A stretch of 64,000 nucleotides of DNA from an uncultured Prochlorococcus sp. (GTDB lineage: Bacteria > Cyanobacteriota > Cyanobacteriia > PCC-6307 > Cyanobiaceae), in contig CABZNT010000002.1 of NCBI GenBank assembly GCA_902527105.1, positions 96,706-160,705 on the forward strand. Reading direction: 5' to 3'. Of this stretch, positions 1-8,624 are shown one piece after another. The position numbers and the translations under genes were made by a program. A model generated the notes under the pieces. The model made no database searches. It was not told the origin of the DNA and was given only the letters and a program-made list of their open reading frames with translations. The first letter of the stretch is position 1. Each line of letters begins with the position of its first letter.

Positions 1-39
1 AGGCCTAACGAAAAGAAACTCAGGAGTTGCTGAGCTCAC
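1..39 (-). CDS. 5' end of a DUF3104-like protein (runs off the window)
   Basis: GTG start, reads VSSATPEFLFVRP; the PxFLxV motif resembles the DUF3104 N-terminus; LexA-like box just upstream. Confidence 0.5.
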   Translation of the reverse strand, partial: MSSATPEFLFVRP

Positions 40-52
40 AATAAATAACTAA

Positions 53-68
53 TAGTATATACGTACTA
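53..68. promoter_or_regulatory. LexA-like SOS box
   Basis: TAGTATATACGTACTA vs picocyanobacterial consensus TAGTACA-N2-TGTACTA. Confidence 0.6.
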
Positions 69-136
69 TAGTGAGTTATTAGTTTTGTTGCTGAACTTTG
101 AATTATTTAGCAAACTAGGGGTAATTCAAAAATAAA

Positions 137-229
137 ATGGAATCAACTGAAATTGCTATATTTTCAACATTATTGGGGTTAATTTTAGCTTTAACTGACG
201 CTTATATAGAACGAAATATTCCTGGATAA
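137..229 (+). CDS. 30-aa hydrophobic micro-ORF
   Basis: MESTEIAIFSTLLGLILALTDAYIERNIPG*, translated by hand. Confidence 0.4.
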   Translation: MESTEIAIFSTLLGLILALTDAYIERNIPG

Positions 230-250
230 TAAATACTTCTAATTCATTTC

Positions 251-406
251 TTAAATTAAATAAGATTTAAGCTGGTCTAATATGTCGGCACGGCTGGAAA
301 CTAGTTTTGTAAAAACTAAATAAATCAACCCTCCCATTGCGAGCCTTCCGTTAATTTTCTCTAACTGCTTAAGTTTTCTCAACAAATTAATCTTGTGGTT
401 AAACAA
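251..406 (-). CDS. HLIP (high-light-inducible)-like small protein
   Basis: TTG start, 51 aa, contains EKINGRLAMGG followed by a hydrophobic helix (ExxNGRLAM chlorophyll-binding motif). Confidence 0.6.
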   Translation of the reverse strand: MFNHKINLLRKLKQLEKINGRLAMGGLIYLVFTKLVSSRADILDQLKSYLI

Positions 407-496
407 AATTTAAAGGGTACAGAAAATAAAAAAGTATTGATTACTTCAAAATTAAAAAAAAATTTATATAAATATAATTTCAAACACGAATTAAAT

Positions 497-634
497 TTAA
501 AGCCAAGCTTCTTTCATTTCAAGATAAAGTCTCTCGCTCTCAGCAGAGTTAATTTTACTGTCCGAATAGGATTGTTGCTGTTGCTGTTGCTGCTGCTGAG
601 TTGAGTTAGTATTAGGATTTTGGGCTTCGCTCAT
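497..634 (-). CDS. 45-aa poly-glutamine micro-protein
   Basis: MSEAQNPNTNSTQQQQQQQQQSYSDSKINSAESERLYLEMKEAWL*; mixed CAG/CAA codons. Confidence 0.55.
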   Translation of the reverse strand: MSEAQNPNTNSTQQQQQQQQQSYSDSKINSAESERLYLEMKEAWL

Positions 635-999
635 TAGAGGGGCTGAATATTTGTGTTTATTCTCTCATATTTAGAGCTTTTTATGTCAACTTAAATTCTT
701 AAATTTTATTTAAATTTTCTACGCTTTTAATTTTCCTGTGTTGAGTGAATTTATTTCGCTACAGTAGTTTTGGTATATAGGAATTTGACTTCCCAATATA
801 CAACTCCTAGGAAGATAGCACTTGCAATAATAATTTCAGAAATGGCTAACATTTTATTTTTCAATACTAATTTGATTTTGGTATCAATTTACACAGAATG
901 CAATAGGTACTAATTACATTTTAGATTTTAAAAAATCTTATTTAGTAAAATAAAGCGTCGAAATAATATAAGATTTTAAGTTAGATACATATTTTTTCC

Positions 1000-1434
1000 G
1001 TGGGAAATTTCATAAATTCAACAACTCTTATACCTTTAATACCTTTAGTAACCTCTTTTTTTATTCTTATTTTATTGGCAAGTTTTAACAGAACACTTAA
1101 CAGGTTAACAAAACCAGTTACTGCGCTGGTTGCATTATCTTTATTAAGTTCTGCTTTTATAAGCTTATTTGACTATTTTAAGAAAATAGAAGAAGAATTA
1201 GTTTTATCTGAATTTCTCAAATTTCTTGAAGAAAAAAATTTAGTTATACATCTCAATTTAGTAAATGAAAAAATTATAATTTTTTTCTTATTAATAATGA
1301 TATTAATTATTGGAATATCTTTTTATAAATTGCCTAGAAAAAAAGGTTACGTCTCATTAATGATCAGCCTAGGATTAATTTCTTCTTCGGTGATACTCTC
1401 AATATTGCTAATAGATTTCTCAGCACTAATCTAA
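1000..1434 (+). CDS. membrane protein resembling the NdhF/ND5 N-terminal region
   Basis: LIPLIPL...NRTLNRLTKPV motif, several TM segments. Confidence 0.6.
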   Translation: MGNFINSTTLIPLIPLVTSFFILILLASFNRTLNRLTKPVTALVALSLLSSAFISLFDYFKKIEEELVLSEFLKFLEEKNLVIHLNLVNEKIIIFFLLIMILIIGISFYKLPRKKGYVSLMISLGLISSSVILSILLIDFSALI

Positions 1435-1940
1435 ACTGTTGTAAGCATTGACAAAGCTTCGTTAAGTTCTTGGACATGATTTAATTCATCTTGAGCAATT
1501 TCTTTTATTTTTTGATCATTTGGATTATCTATTAAATATTTGGAATAAGTTTCAAATGCATGTTCTTCGATTTTTATGTTGACATCATAAGCATTAGCTG
1601 GAGAGAGGAAATAATAAAAAACCATGATCCAGTAATACACAAGAACAAGGTGTCTCGCAAAAAATCTATCAATCCAGAACCTATCTCCTCCTCTTTTCTC
1701 CATTTCTTTAAGATGCTCAGTTTCGTTAATAGCTTGATAAAAATGTTCTTTCATTAAAATCATTGTTTTCTCATTTTTAATTCCTAGAGATTCTTTAAAA
1801 TGAAGAACTGAAAGAAATGCAAAATAAGGTGATCTCGCTATAACTTCTAAAACCCAAAATCTTTGTAAAGATCTACCAGAGTATATGAAGTCTAAGAAGT
1901 TAACTGTGCTATTCAAAATCAAAGAATTTAATTTCTTCAT
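1431..1940 (-). CDS. plastoquinol terminal oxidase (PTOX, alternative oxidase family)
   Basis: RFWVLEVIARSPYF, ExxH di-iron motifs (NETEHL, DELNHV). Confidence 0.92.
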   Translation of the reverse strand: MKKLNSLILNSTVNFLDFIYSGRSLQRFWVLEVIARSPYFAFLSVLHFKESLGIKNEKTMILMKEHFYQAINETEHLKEMEKRGGDRFWIDRFFARHLVLVYYWIMVFYYFLSPANAYDVNIKIEEHAFETYSKYLIDNPNDQKIKEIAQDELNHVQELNEALSMLTTV

Positions 1941-2095
1941 AGATTTAGTTTTTCTTTAAGTATAATTACTCAGACGCTCCAGGGCTATGATGTATTGAAG
2001 TAATTAACCAAAAATTAATATTTATAGTCTAAAAATTGTTACTTCCATTGAAATATTTTTTTTTCATGCATTAATTGGATAGATAAAAATTTTAT

Positions 2096-2236
2096 ATGAC
2101 AACTACTGAAAAAATTGCAAATGCCAAAAAAAGGATTGATGAATTAGAAAGACTTATAAAATTTTGGAATGATTCAGACCATGATGAAGCAAAAATAGTA
2201 AATTTTTCAAAGAACATTGAAAATAAAGTTGCTTAG
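2096..2236 (+). CDS. 46-aa hypothetical protein
   Basis: MTTTEKIANAKKRIDELERLIKFWNDSDHDEAKIVNFSKNIENKVA*; coiled-coil-like. Confidence 0.55.
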   Translation: MTTTEKIANAKKRIDELERLIKFWNDSDHDEAKIVNFSKNIENKVA

Positions 2237-2382
2237 ATTGTGAAGATTAAGGCTAATTAAGTTTATCTACTTGAAGTGATTTAATATCTTTGAGGTTTCG
2301 AATATTGGTTAATTTATAAATAGAGCAATTAAACCTATTTTCAAAAACTGTAAGGAAGAAATAATCTAAAAGAAAAATAAAT

Positions 2383-2496
2383 ATGAAAACCTTATCAAAA
2401 AAATATTTAGTTCCGATTAAATTTATACCATGGGTTTTTTGGGTATTTATATCTTTTATGAGTTTATATTTGTGTAAGATAGCCTGGGTAAATTGA
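2383..2496 (+). CDS. 37-aa single-TM micro-protein
   Basis: MKTLSKKYLVPIKFIPWVFWVFISFMSLYLCKIAWVN*; shares a motif with 5610..5720. Confidence 0.5.
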   Translation: MKTLSKKYLVPIKFIPWVFWVFISFMSLYLCKIAWVN

Positions 2497-2509
2497 ATAA
2501 TTAATGGAT

Positions 2510-2818
2510 CTAGCTTCTCCTTAGCCAACCAGGAGCACCGCCAAACCAATCCGATATATCATCTTCATTAGGGTTGAAATGATTTTCTTTATCTAGTCCA
2601 TCTATCCCAAATGATTGTAAGAGGTTATCAATCCCACCATCATTTTTCGTGCCATTCCTTCTAAAACTATTAGCTTTTTTCAGCCAAAGAGAAATTGTAG
2701 AGTTATGGTGTGCAAATTTCTCGACATATATTCTTTCTTCTAATGTAATTGAATTATCTTGAGCAATTCTTTTAATTATTCCTTGGATTTTTAGTCTTTT
2801 TGAATTACTAAGAAGCAT
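2510..2818 (-). CDS. conserved hypothetical protein
   Basis: ORF with C-terminal WFGGAPGWLRRS motif. Confidence 0.75.
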   Translation of the reverse strand: MLLSNSKRLKIQGIIKRIAQDNSITLEERIYVEKFAHHNSTISLWLKKANSFRRNGTKNDGGIDNLLQSFGIDGLDKENHFNPNEDDISDWFGGAPGWLRRS

Positions 2819-3078
2819 TTTGCGATTAATTCATTATTCTTTTTATAGGAACGATTACTAAATATATCTTGTCAATGTTAATTTCAACAAATAAACTATT
2901 TTAAGAGGTTTTTAAGCAATAAAAGTCTTAAAACACTAAAAAAAGGGATCAATAAGTTACTTATGATACTTTTATTCATTTATCAAACTTATAATTCCCA
3001 TAAATTAGATAAAAAAAATCAATCCATCCTCAAAGGCATTTTAAAATTTAAGAAAAGTCGACTCAGCTGTTGCAAAAT

Positions 3079-3112
3079 AGTAAATCTGTACTATTCTTAG
3101 TACAGATGTATT
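3079..3112. promoter_or_regulatory. tandem LexA-like boxes
   Basis: AGTAAATCTGTACT (3079-3092) and AGTACAGATGTATT (3099-3112), immediately before the ATG at 3121. Confidence 0.7.
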
Positions 3113-3120
3113 GTTAAGAC

Positions 3121-3327
3121 ATGAAAGTGATTTCATCTTCTCCTTATGCCCCTTTTAATTCAAAAGAGTGGAATTCTCTAATAAGCAAAAATGTAAAGTT
3201 TGAAAATACTCCAATAAAGATTCAAAAAAAATTTTATAGAACTTTTACTCTAAAAAAGACTGAAAAAGATAAACTTTTGCAAGAGAAGAATGCATTGCAC
3301 CAACAAATGCAACTCGTATTCGGATAG
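3121..3327 (+). CDS. hypothetical protein, probably SOS-regulated
   Basis: 68-aa ORF preceded by LexA boxes. Confidence 0.65.
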   Translation: MKVISSSPYAPFNSKEWNSLISKNVKFENTPIKIQKKFYRTFTLKKTEKDKLLQEKNALHQQMQLVFG

Positions 3328-3417
3328 AAAAATATTAACTAACAATCTTTTTATTGAAGATTATTTTACGAGATCCAATTTTTTGTTAGATTAGTAGAAA
3401 CACAAATAGGATTTAAT

Positions 3418-3708
3418 TTGGCTGTTGATCGAGAACTTTTAAAAGAAGTTACCCAAGAACTTTGGAATACCGTAAAAAAACTAAGACCTGAAATAGATCG
3501 GCAAACTCGCCTTCAATTAGTTTTAAAGGCCTTATTAACTATTGGAGATTTACCAGATCAAATGCAAGCTGCCATGGTAGTAGGTGTTTGCGCAGAAATG
3601 GATAAAAGTGATGTTGATAATGTTGAATCTAATTCACAAACTAAAGATTCAAGCGGAGTTGATACTTCTACAGGCAGAAAAGTAGTTAGAAGAAGTTCAG
3701 CTAAATAA
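3418..3708 (+). CDS. conserved hypothetical protein (TIGR03894-like)
   Basis: ELLKEV..ELWNTVKKLRP...TGRKVVRRS pattern. Confidence 0.7.
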   Translation: MAVDRELLKEVTQELWNTVKKLRPEIDRQTRLQLVLKALLTIGDLPDQMQAAMVVGVCAEMDKSDVDNVESNSQTKDSSGVDTSTGRKVVRRSSAK

Positions 3709-3719
3709 ACTTTAAACGA

Positions 3720-3923
3720 TCATCCTTTAATTTTCTTTGATTCGTTTTTGTTAAGTCTATTAAATAGGTAATATGAAATTACAAGTAAGAGAGGAACGAA
3801 TATTGAATGCAAAGTCATCATTAATTCTGTTTGGCCCATTCCTATAAGATTTGACTGGTTTGGAAGTTGTTCTGACCAAGTGCCAACTAAATGCCAGGCT
3901 CGAGGAATTGATAAGAAAAACAT
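3720..3923 (-). CDS. small membrane hypothetical protein
   Basis: ORF with one TM segment. Confidence 0.6.
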   Translation of the reverse strand: MFFLSIPRAWHLVGTWSEQLPNQSNLIGMGQTELMMTLHSIFVPLLLVISYYLFNRLNKNESKKIKG

Positions 3924-4040
3924 ATAAGAGCTATAAGTTAAGTTTATGTTCAGATAAAGATTATCATTATTGAAAGTTTTTGCTTTCTTTATTCTTATTT
4001 CTTAACTAAGTATTTGTAGAGTTATAAAAAATAACTTGAT

Positions 4041-5570
4041 TCATAAATTTATTTTCTTAAGAAGAGTTTTAAACTCTTTTTTACCAATAATTTTTTCAGC
4101 TGCGTAAGCGCCACTTGCTGAAACAGCAGGAATTCCAATACCTGGAAATGTACTTGCGCCGCAAGTAAATAAATTTTTCACTGGAGTTTTGCAGCCTGGA
4201 AAAAGACCTTTTGCTGCAGATAATGCAGGGCCGTAACTACCGCAATAGGTATTGGTGAATTTTTTATGAGTGATTGGGGTTCCTAGCATCTTTAAATCAA
4301 TCCTTTCATCTATGTCAGGGATGAATTTTCGCATTGCATTAAGGAATATTGAACATCTTTCTTCTTTCAAATTTCTATATTCTAATTCCTTTGGATTTAG
4401 GTTTTCCCAAATTTCCCAAGGTTCATTTGCGGGAGTGTATCCATGAAGAACATGTTTTCCTTCAGGGGCCATATTTTTATCTAAAACAGATGGGATTGAA
4501 AATACGACTATATTTCTTTCTGCGGTTATACCTTTTTCCCACTCATCAACATGTATTGCATGTATTGGTAAATTTTCAAGACCATCAGCATCAAAACCTA
4601 GATGTATATGAAGGAAAGAATCACATTTATTAGGGTTCAAAACTTTTGTATTCCATTTTTTTGAAATTTCATTTGGAATTAACTTTTTTAAATTCCAAAC
4701 ATCAGTATTCGTGACAACAGATTCACAACTATAACTAGAACCATTATTCAGAGTTATACCTGTGGCTAAATTTTTATTGAAGTTAATTGTCTTTACTCTC
4801 GAAGAAAGAATTAATTCTCCTCCATTTTTTTTAAATCCATTAATTAAAGCTTTTACTATAGATTCACTACCTCCTTTGGGGTATTCAAGGTATGAATTTG
4901 GTTCAAACCATTCGTTAAATAAAGTAGCCATCGCAGCTGTATTTGTATCATGCATTGACATGCCACTTATCAAAAAGCTCAATAAATCAACCCAATTCCT
5001 GAGAAAAGGATCTTCTAGATGATTATTTACTAAATTCCCAAAGCCTTTATTAATTTTTGGTATTTGATTGATATTAGGTAAAAATTTTGAGGTTAAATTT
5101 ATTAAATCTAAGAAATTTATTGATTCGGGAGAAAATGAGAGTAAAGGTATTTCATTTATTATTTGGCTAAGAGGTTTTATTCCTGAAATAAATGATTCCC
5201 ATTCTTTAACAGATTTCTCACCTCTTAAAGTTTTAATAGTACGTTTAAAGGGTTCTTCCCCAACATCAAGATTAAAATTGCCTTCTGGGACAATTACTTG
5301 CCAACCTTTGTATTGAAATAGTTCAACTTCTTCATCAAGTAATTTAAGAATTTGCCCTAGGGGATTAGTTGTCGGCCATTTACCTATTCCACTCCACAAT
5401 GAAGGTCCTGATTCGAAAGTGTAACCATTTCTTTTGAAACTGTGAGCAACACCTCCCGGCTGGCTATGAGCTTCACATATAAGTACTTTTTTGCCTGATA
5501 AAGCAAGAATCGAACCACAACATAATCCCCCTATTCCACTACCTACTATCACAACATCGTACTTTTCCAT
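4041..5570 (-). CDS. phytoene desaturase/carotenoid isomerase family FAD oxidoreductase
   Basis: N-terminal VGSGIGGL, FESGPSL, C-terminal FPGIGIPAVSASG. Confidence 0.88.
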   Translation of the reverse strand: MEKYDVVIVGSGIGGLCCGSILALSGKKVLICEAHSQPGGVAHSFKRNGYTFESGPSLWSGIGKWPTTNPLGQILKLLDEEVELFQYKGWQVIVPEGNFNLDVGEEPFKRTIKTLRGEKSVKEWESFISGIKPLSQIINEIPLLSFSPESINFLDLINLTSKFLPNINQIPKINKGFGNLVNNHLEDPFLRNWVDLLSFLISGMSMHDTNTAAMATLFNEWFEPNSYLEYPKGGSESIVKALINGFKKNGGELILSSRVKTINFNKNLATGITLNNGSSYSCESVVTNTDVWNLKKLIPNEISKKWNTKVLNPNKCDSFLHIHLGFDADGLENLPIHAIHVDEWEKGITAERNIVVFSIPSVLDKNMAPEGKHVLHGYTPANEPWEIWENLNPKELEYRNLKEERCSIFLNAMRKFIPDIDERIDLKMLGTPITHKKFTNTYCGSYGPALSAAKGLFPGCKTPVKNLFTCGASTFPGIGIPAVSASGAYAAEKIIGKKEFKTLLKKINL

Positions 5571-5609
5571 TAAATATTTACTTTACTCTTCTCGCAAAAC
5601 TAATTAGTT

Positions 5610-5720
5610 TTAGACAAATGTATTAGTTGAAGATGTAACACTTAGTACAACAGCTAGGAAAAATATGTAAGGGACTACCTTTAAAGGGATGTATCCTTGG
5701 CTTTTAGAAATAAAATCCAT
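5610..5720 (-). CDS. 36-aa single-TM micro-protein
   Basis: MDFISKSQGYIPLKVVPYIFFLAVVLSVTSSTNTFV*. Confidence 0.55.
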   Translation of the reverse strand: MDFISKSQGYIPLKVVPYIFFLAVVLSVTSSTNTFV

Positions 5721-5867
5721 TGATTTAGTTACTTAATGTAAATATATTAACGAGATATTGTTCCTTATGTGTGCCATAAAATTATTTTTTTGGAAATATT
5801 TTGAAATAAAGAAATCTTTTTGGAGATATCTTCACTAAGAACATTTTTTATAGAGTTATCTTAGTAT

Positions 5868-6377
5868 TTGATTCTTAGATTAAAATCTATTATGAAACAA
5901 TTTCCTGATATTAATGAAATAAAACTTTTAGAAAAAAATTCTCAAAAAAACGGTAGCGGAATTTTATATGAGGAATTGTTAGGAATATGGAAGTTTAAGT
6001 ATGTATGGGGAAAAGAGTCAGATGAAATCAAAAATATACCCAGTTCTATTCTCCAAGTATTGTCGGCAAGACTCGAATTAAAAAGTAAAAATAAAGAGGA
6101 TCAAATAAATTATGAAATAAAAAATTCAATTAATTTCGGATTATTAAATATTACTTTTATAGGCAGTGCAGAATTAAAAGGGGTTAGACCTTTATTGGCT
6201 TTTTATTTTGAAGAATTGAAAATTAGTATTAGTAGTTTTCCAGTATTTAATAAGGAATTAAAAAAACCAGAAGAAAAAAAAATGCCTTTTTTCTCTCTTT
6301 TAGGAATTAGCACTAAAGATAATTGGTTATGTGCTCGAGGAAGGGGCGGAGGGCTTGCAATATGGGTTAAGTCTTAA
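5868..6377 (+). CDS. hypothetical protein, PAP/fibrillin-like beta fold
   Basis: LLGIWKF...ARGRGGGLAIW; true start may be the ATG at 5892. Confidence 0.65.
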   Translation: MILRLKSIMKQFPDINEIKLLEKNSQKNGSGILYEELLGIWKFKYVWGKESDEIKNIPSSILQVLSARLELKSKNKEDQINYEIKNSINFGLLNITFIGSAELKGVRPLLAFYFEELKISISSFPVFNKELKKPEEKKMPFFSLLGISTKDNWLCARGRGGGLAIWVKS

Positions 6378-6378
6378 T

Positions 6379-6594
6379 TTAGTGATATTCTCCTGGATGA
6401 TCTACCTTTCTTACGGTAACTTTATCAACTTTTTGTCCATTAAATCTTAAGAGATCATCTCCGGAAAAGTCATAACCTAAGCGTTGACCAATTAGGGCTA
6501 CATCATCCGCTGTAGAGGATGATGTAACCTGCTTTTTTAAATCTTCATCAGATTGCATCTTGATTAAAAATTTTCTTATTTCAGAAAAACTCAT
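6379..6594 (-). CDS. Nif11-like leader peptide domain protein
   Basis: MS.SE...FL.K..SD..LK....ADDVA.I...LGYDFS..DL. Confidence 0.8.
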   Translation of the reverse strand: MSFSEIRKFLIKMQSDEDLKKQVTSSSTADDVALIGQRLGYDFSGDDLLRFNGQKVDKVTVRKVDHPGEYH

Positions 6595-6685
6595 TACTAG
6601 AATTTGATTGATTGATGTAAAAGAAATTTATAAAATCTTTTTCTTAGTAAGAACAAGATAAATAGATAATCATTATACTATTTTT

Positions 6686-7003
6686 ATGACTTACTTATTC
6701 CTCTATATAGTTGGCATAACTCTAATATGGTGGATATATCGTGTTGGTTGGCTTGAGGCGCTCAAAACAGTAGTTAAAGTTATAGTCCCCTCAGCGCTTA
6801 TTATTTTATTTAACATAAAAGCAGGAAGATTACTTTTTAAAAGTCCTGTAGTCGGATTATTAAGCGCTTTGCCTACCTCTATTTTTATTTTTAGAGGTTC
6901 ATTGCCTTTAGTTAGTTATATAAATAACTGGATTGAAAATAAAATAAATAAGTATGATGATTCTGAAGTTATAGATACTGATTCTGTGCCTTTAGATGAT
7001 TAA
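6686..7003 (+). CDS. membrane hypothetical protein
   Basis: ORF with TM segments. Confidence 0.65.
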   Translation: MTYLFLYIVGITLIWWIYRVGWLEALKTVVKVIVPSALIILFNIKAGRLLFKSPVVGLLSALPTSIFIFRGSLPLVSYINNWIENKINKYDDSEVIDTDSVPLDD

Positions 7004-7014
7004 TTTAATTTAAT

Positions 7015-7407
7015 TCAATCAAAGCCAAGAAATAATTCTTTGTGTACAACAAGAACATCAAATAAAGTTGTTCCATGAATAGGACTTAATGGGGTTTTGT
7101 CTATATTTAATGCTTCTGCACAAATTAAATGAGCATCCCATTTTGTATTGTGATCACTTATTTCAATTGACCACTCAATTACTTTTTTGAAATGATCTGG
7201 CATCTCCGAACCAATTTTTCTGCAAATTTGACATAGAACTGACAAAAGAGGAGGTTTTGATGGCCTTTTTAAATCTTTAATAAGACTAGGTTGTGTAAAA
7301 ACACTTGTATAGCGGATGTAGTCTATCAATTCATATTCTTCTTTAGTAAGAGCTGCTTTATCTAATGCTCTTTCAAATTCGTCTATGGGGGTTATGGGCC
7401 TATCCAA
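7015..7407 (-). CDS. hypothetical protein
   Basis: 130-aa ORF. Confidence 0.65.
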   Translation of the reverse strand: MDRPITPIDEFERALDKAALTKEEYELIDYIRYTSVFTQPSLIKDLKRPSKPPLLSVLCQICRKIGSEMPDHFKKVIEWSIEISDHNTKWDAHLICAEALNIDKTPLSPIHGTTLFDVLVVHKELFLGFD

Positions 7408-7411
7408 GATA

Positions 7412-7678
7412 TTATTTTTTGCTGTTTTCTGAATCTATTTTTTCTTGATTAATTTCGTTGGTTTGATTGCTTTCTATAGATTTAGGAGATTCATCTTTAT
7501 CTTCTTCGTTCATAACTTGGTCGATTTCATTTTGAAATTCATTCGACGCTTTTTTAAGACTTTTCAAAGTTTTACCAAGCTGTTTTCCTAATTCTGGAAG
7601 CTTTTTTGGACCAAAAATTAAAAGAGCTAAGATAAGTATTACAGTAACCTCAGGCAAACCTACACCAAAAATATTCAT
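7412..7678 (-). CDS. tatA: TatA/E twin-arginine translocase subunit
   Basis: MNIFGVGLPE...LLIFGPKKLPELGKQLGK. Confidence 0.9.
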   Translation of the reverse strand: MNIFGVGLPEVTVILILALLIFGPKKLPELGKQLGKTLKSLKKASNEFQNEIDQVMNEEDKDESPKSIESNQTNEINQEKIDSENSKK

Positions 7679-7768
7679 AACTGATAACTATTTAACTAAT
7701 TAGGAAATCTACTATTAAATATAGTCAAATCATCTGAATATTTCATTCTCGGAACAGCTTTTTTAATA

Positions 7769-7906
7769 TTAAAAAATTTTGAAAAATATTATTGTTATTA
7801 ATACTCCTTTAAAGAAAACTAACCAAAGTAATTGATAATCACTCAATTTGAATTTTTTTTGGTACCAATTTATAAGAGTTTTATGTCTATTGATTAATTT
7901 TCTCAT
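7769..7906 (-). CDS. 45-aa membrane micro-protein
   Basis: MRKLINRHKTLINWYQKKFKLSDYQLLWLVFFKGVLITIIFFKIF*. Confidence 0.55.
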   Translation of the reverse strand: MRKLINRHKTLINWYQKKFKLSDYQLLWLVFFKGVLITIIFFKIF

Positions 7907-8083
7907 TTGCACCGAGATTATTTATTACTATCACTTATTTTATCTTAATTTCTTTTATTATTATTTTATAGCAATCCTAGATTCTACTTAAATTAGATTA
8001 TTCTATTAAATTTTAATCTTTTTCTAAATTAATTTTTTCAAAATTATTGAAACTATTCGCTAAATATTTACTATTAAAAAAAA

Positions 8084-8323
8084 ATGAAATACTTATTTGT
8101 TGTTTTTTACTTTTTTTTTCTAATTTTTCCAGCTGAAGCTGTTACCACAAAAATGTTTAAAGTATTGGATACGTGTGCAAGATATCGACTGGGTGAGATT
8201 GATGCTAATGAGGCTATAGAAAAACTAAAATTAAAATTAACGAATTCTTCCACTAGTCAGCCAAAGGACCTAGTAAAAAAATATTGCTCAGTATTTACTC
8301 CAAATGAAAAAATTGAATTTTAA
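8084..8323 (+). CDS. secreted hypothetical protein
   Basis: signal-peptide-like N-terminus (AEA), two Cys. Confidence 0.65.
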   Translation: MKYLFVVFYFFFLIFPAEAVTTKMFKVLDTCARYRLGEIDANEAIEKLKLKLTNSSTSQPKDLVKKYCSVFTPNEKIEF

Positions 8324-8339
8324 TCTTAGCAATAAATAT

Positions 8340-8474
8340 TTAATTATTCTTTTTTGAATAATTTTTAGCTTTGTTTCGTATTTCTTTAACTTTTTTAAAA
8401 TTATTTATTTTTAAATTAAAAATAACTCCTAAAAAAAGAAGAAGGAATAAAAAAATATAAATTATTAATTCCAT
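8340..8474 (-). CDS. 44-aa membrane micro-ORF
   Basis: MELIIYIFLFLLLFLGVIFNLK...; low complexity. Confidence 0.3.
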   Translation of the reverse strand: MELIIYIFLFLLLFLGVIFNLKINNFKKVKEIRNKAKNYSKKNN

Positions 8475-8624
8475 ATTATTGAATTAACAAATCCACCCTA
8501 GTTTATTTCAATAATTTTTTAGTATCTTTTAAAACAAAAAAACTGACTTTAATATTAGTTATTTACTTTGAAGGCCACAATAAAAACACATTAACCTCTA
8601 ATATGGAATTTTATAACAACTGTT

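Noticed and set aside
271-350. GC-richer intergenic patch first read as a riboswitch or sRNA
   Set aside because: Explained by the coding sequence of the HLIP-like NGRLAMGG motif on the - strand.
395-604. ORF-track 69-aa + strand ORF ending in poly-Leu
   Set aside because: Antisense shadow of the CAG/CAA poly-Q ORF and of the HLIP-like ORF start.
880-920. NtcA-like GTATCAATTTACAC upstream of the NdhF-like gene
   Set aside because: Imperfect match (GTA-N8-CAC) in very A+T-rich DNA; not supportable.
2253-2549. 98-aa - strand ORF
   Set aside because: Overlaps 2510..2818 and has no recognisable motif; a more plausible 37-aa ORF lies on the + strand.
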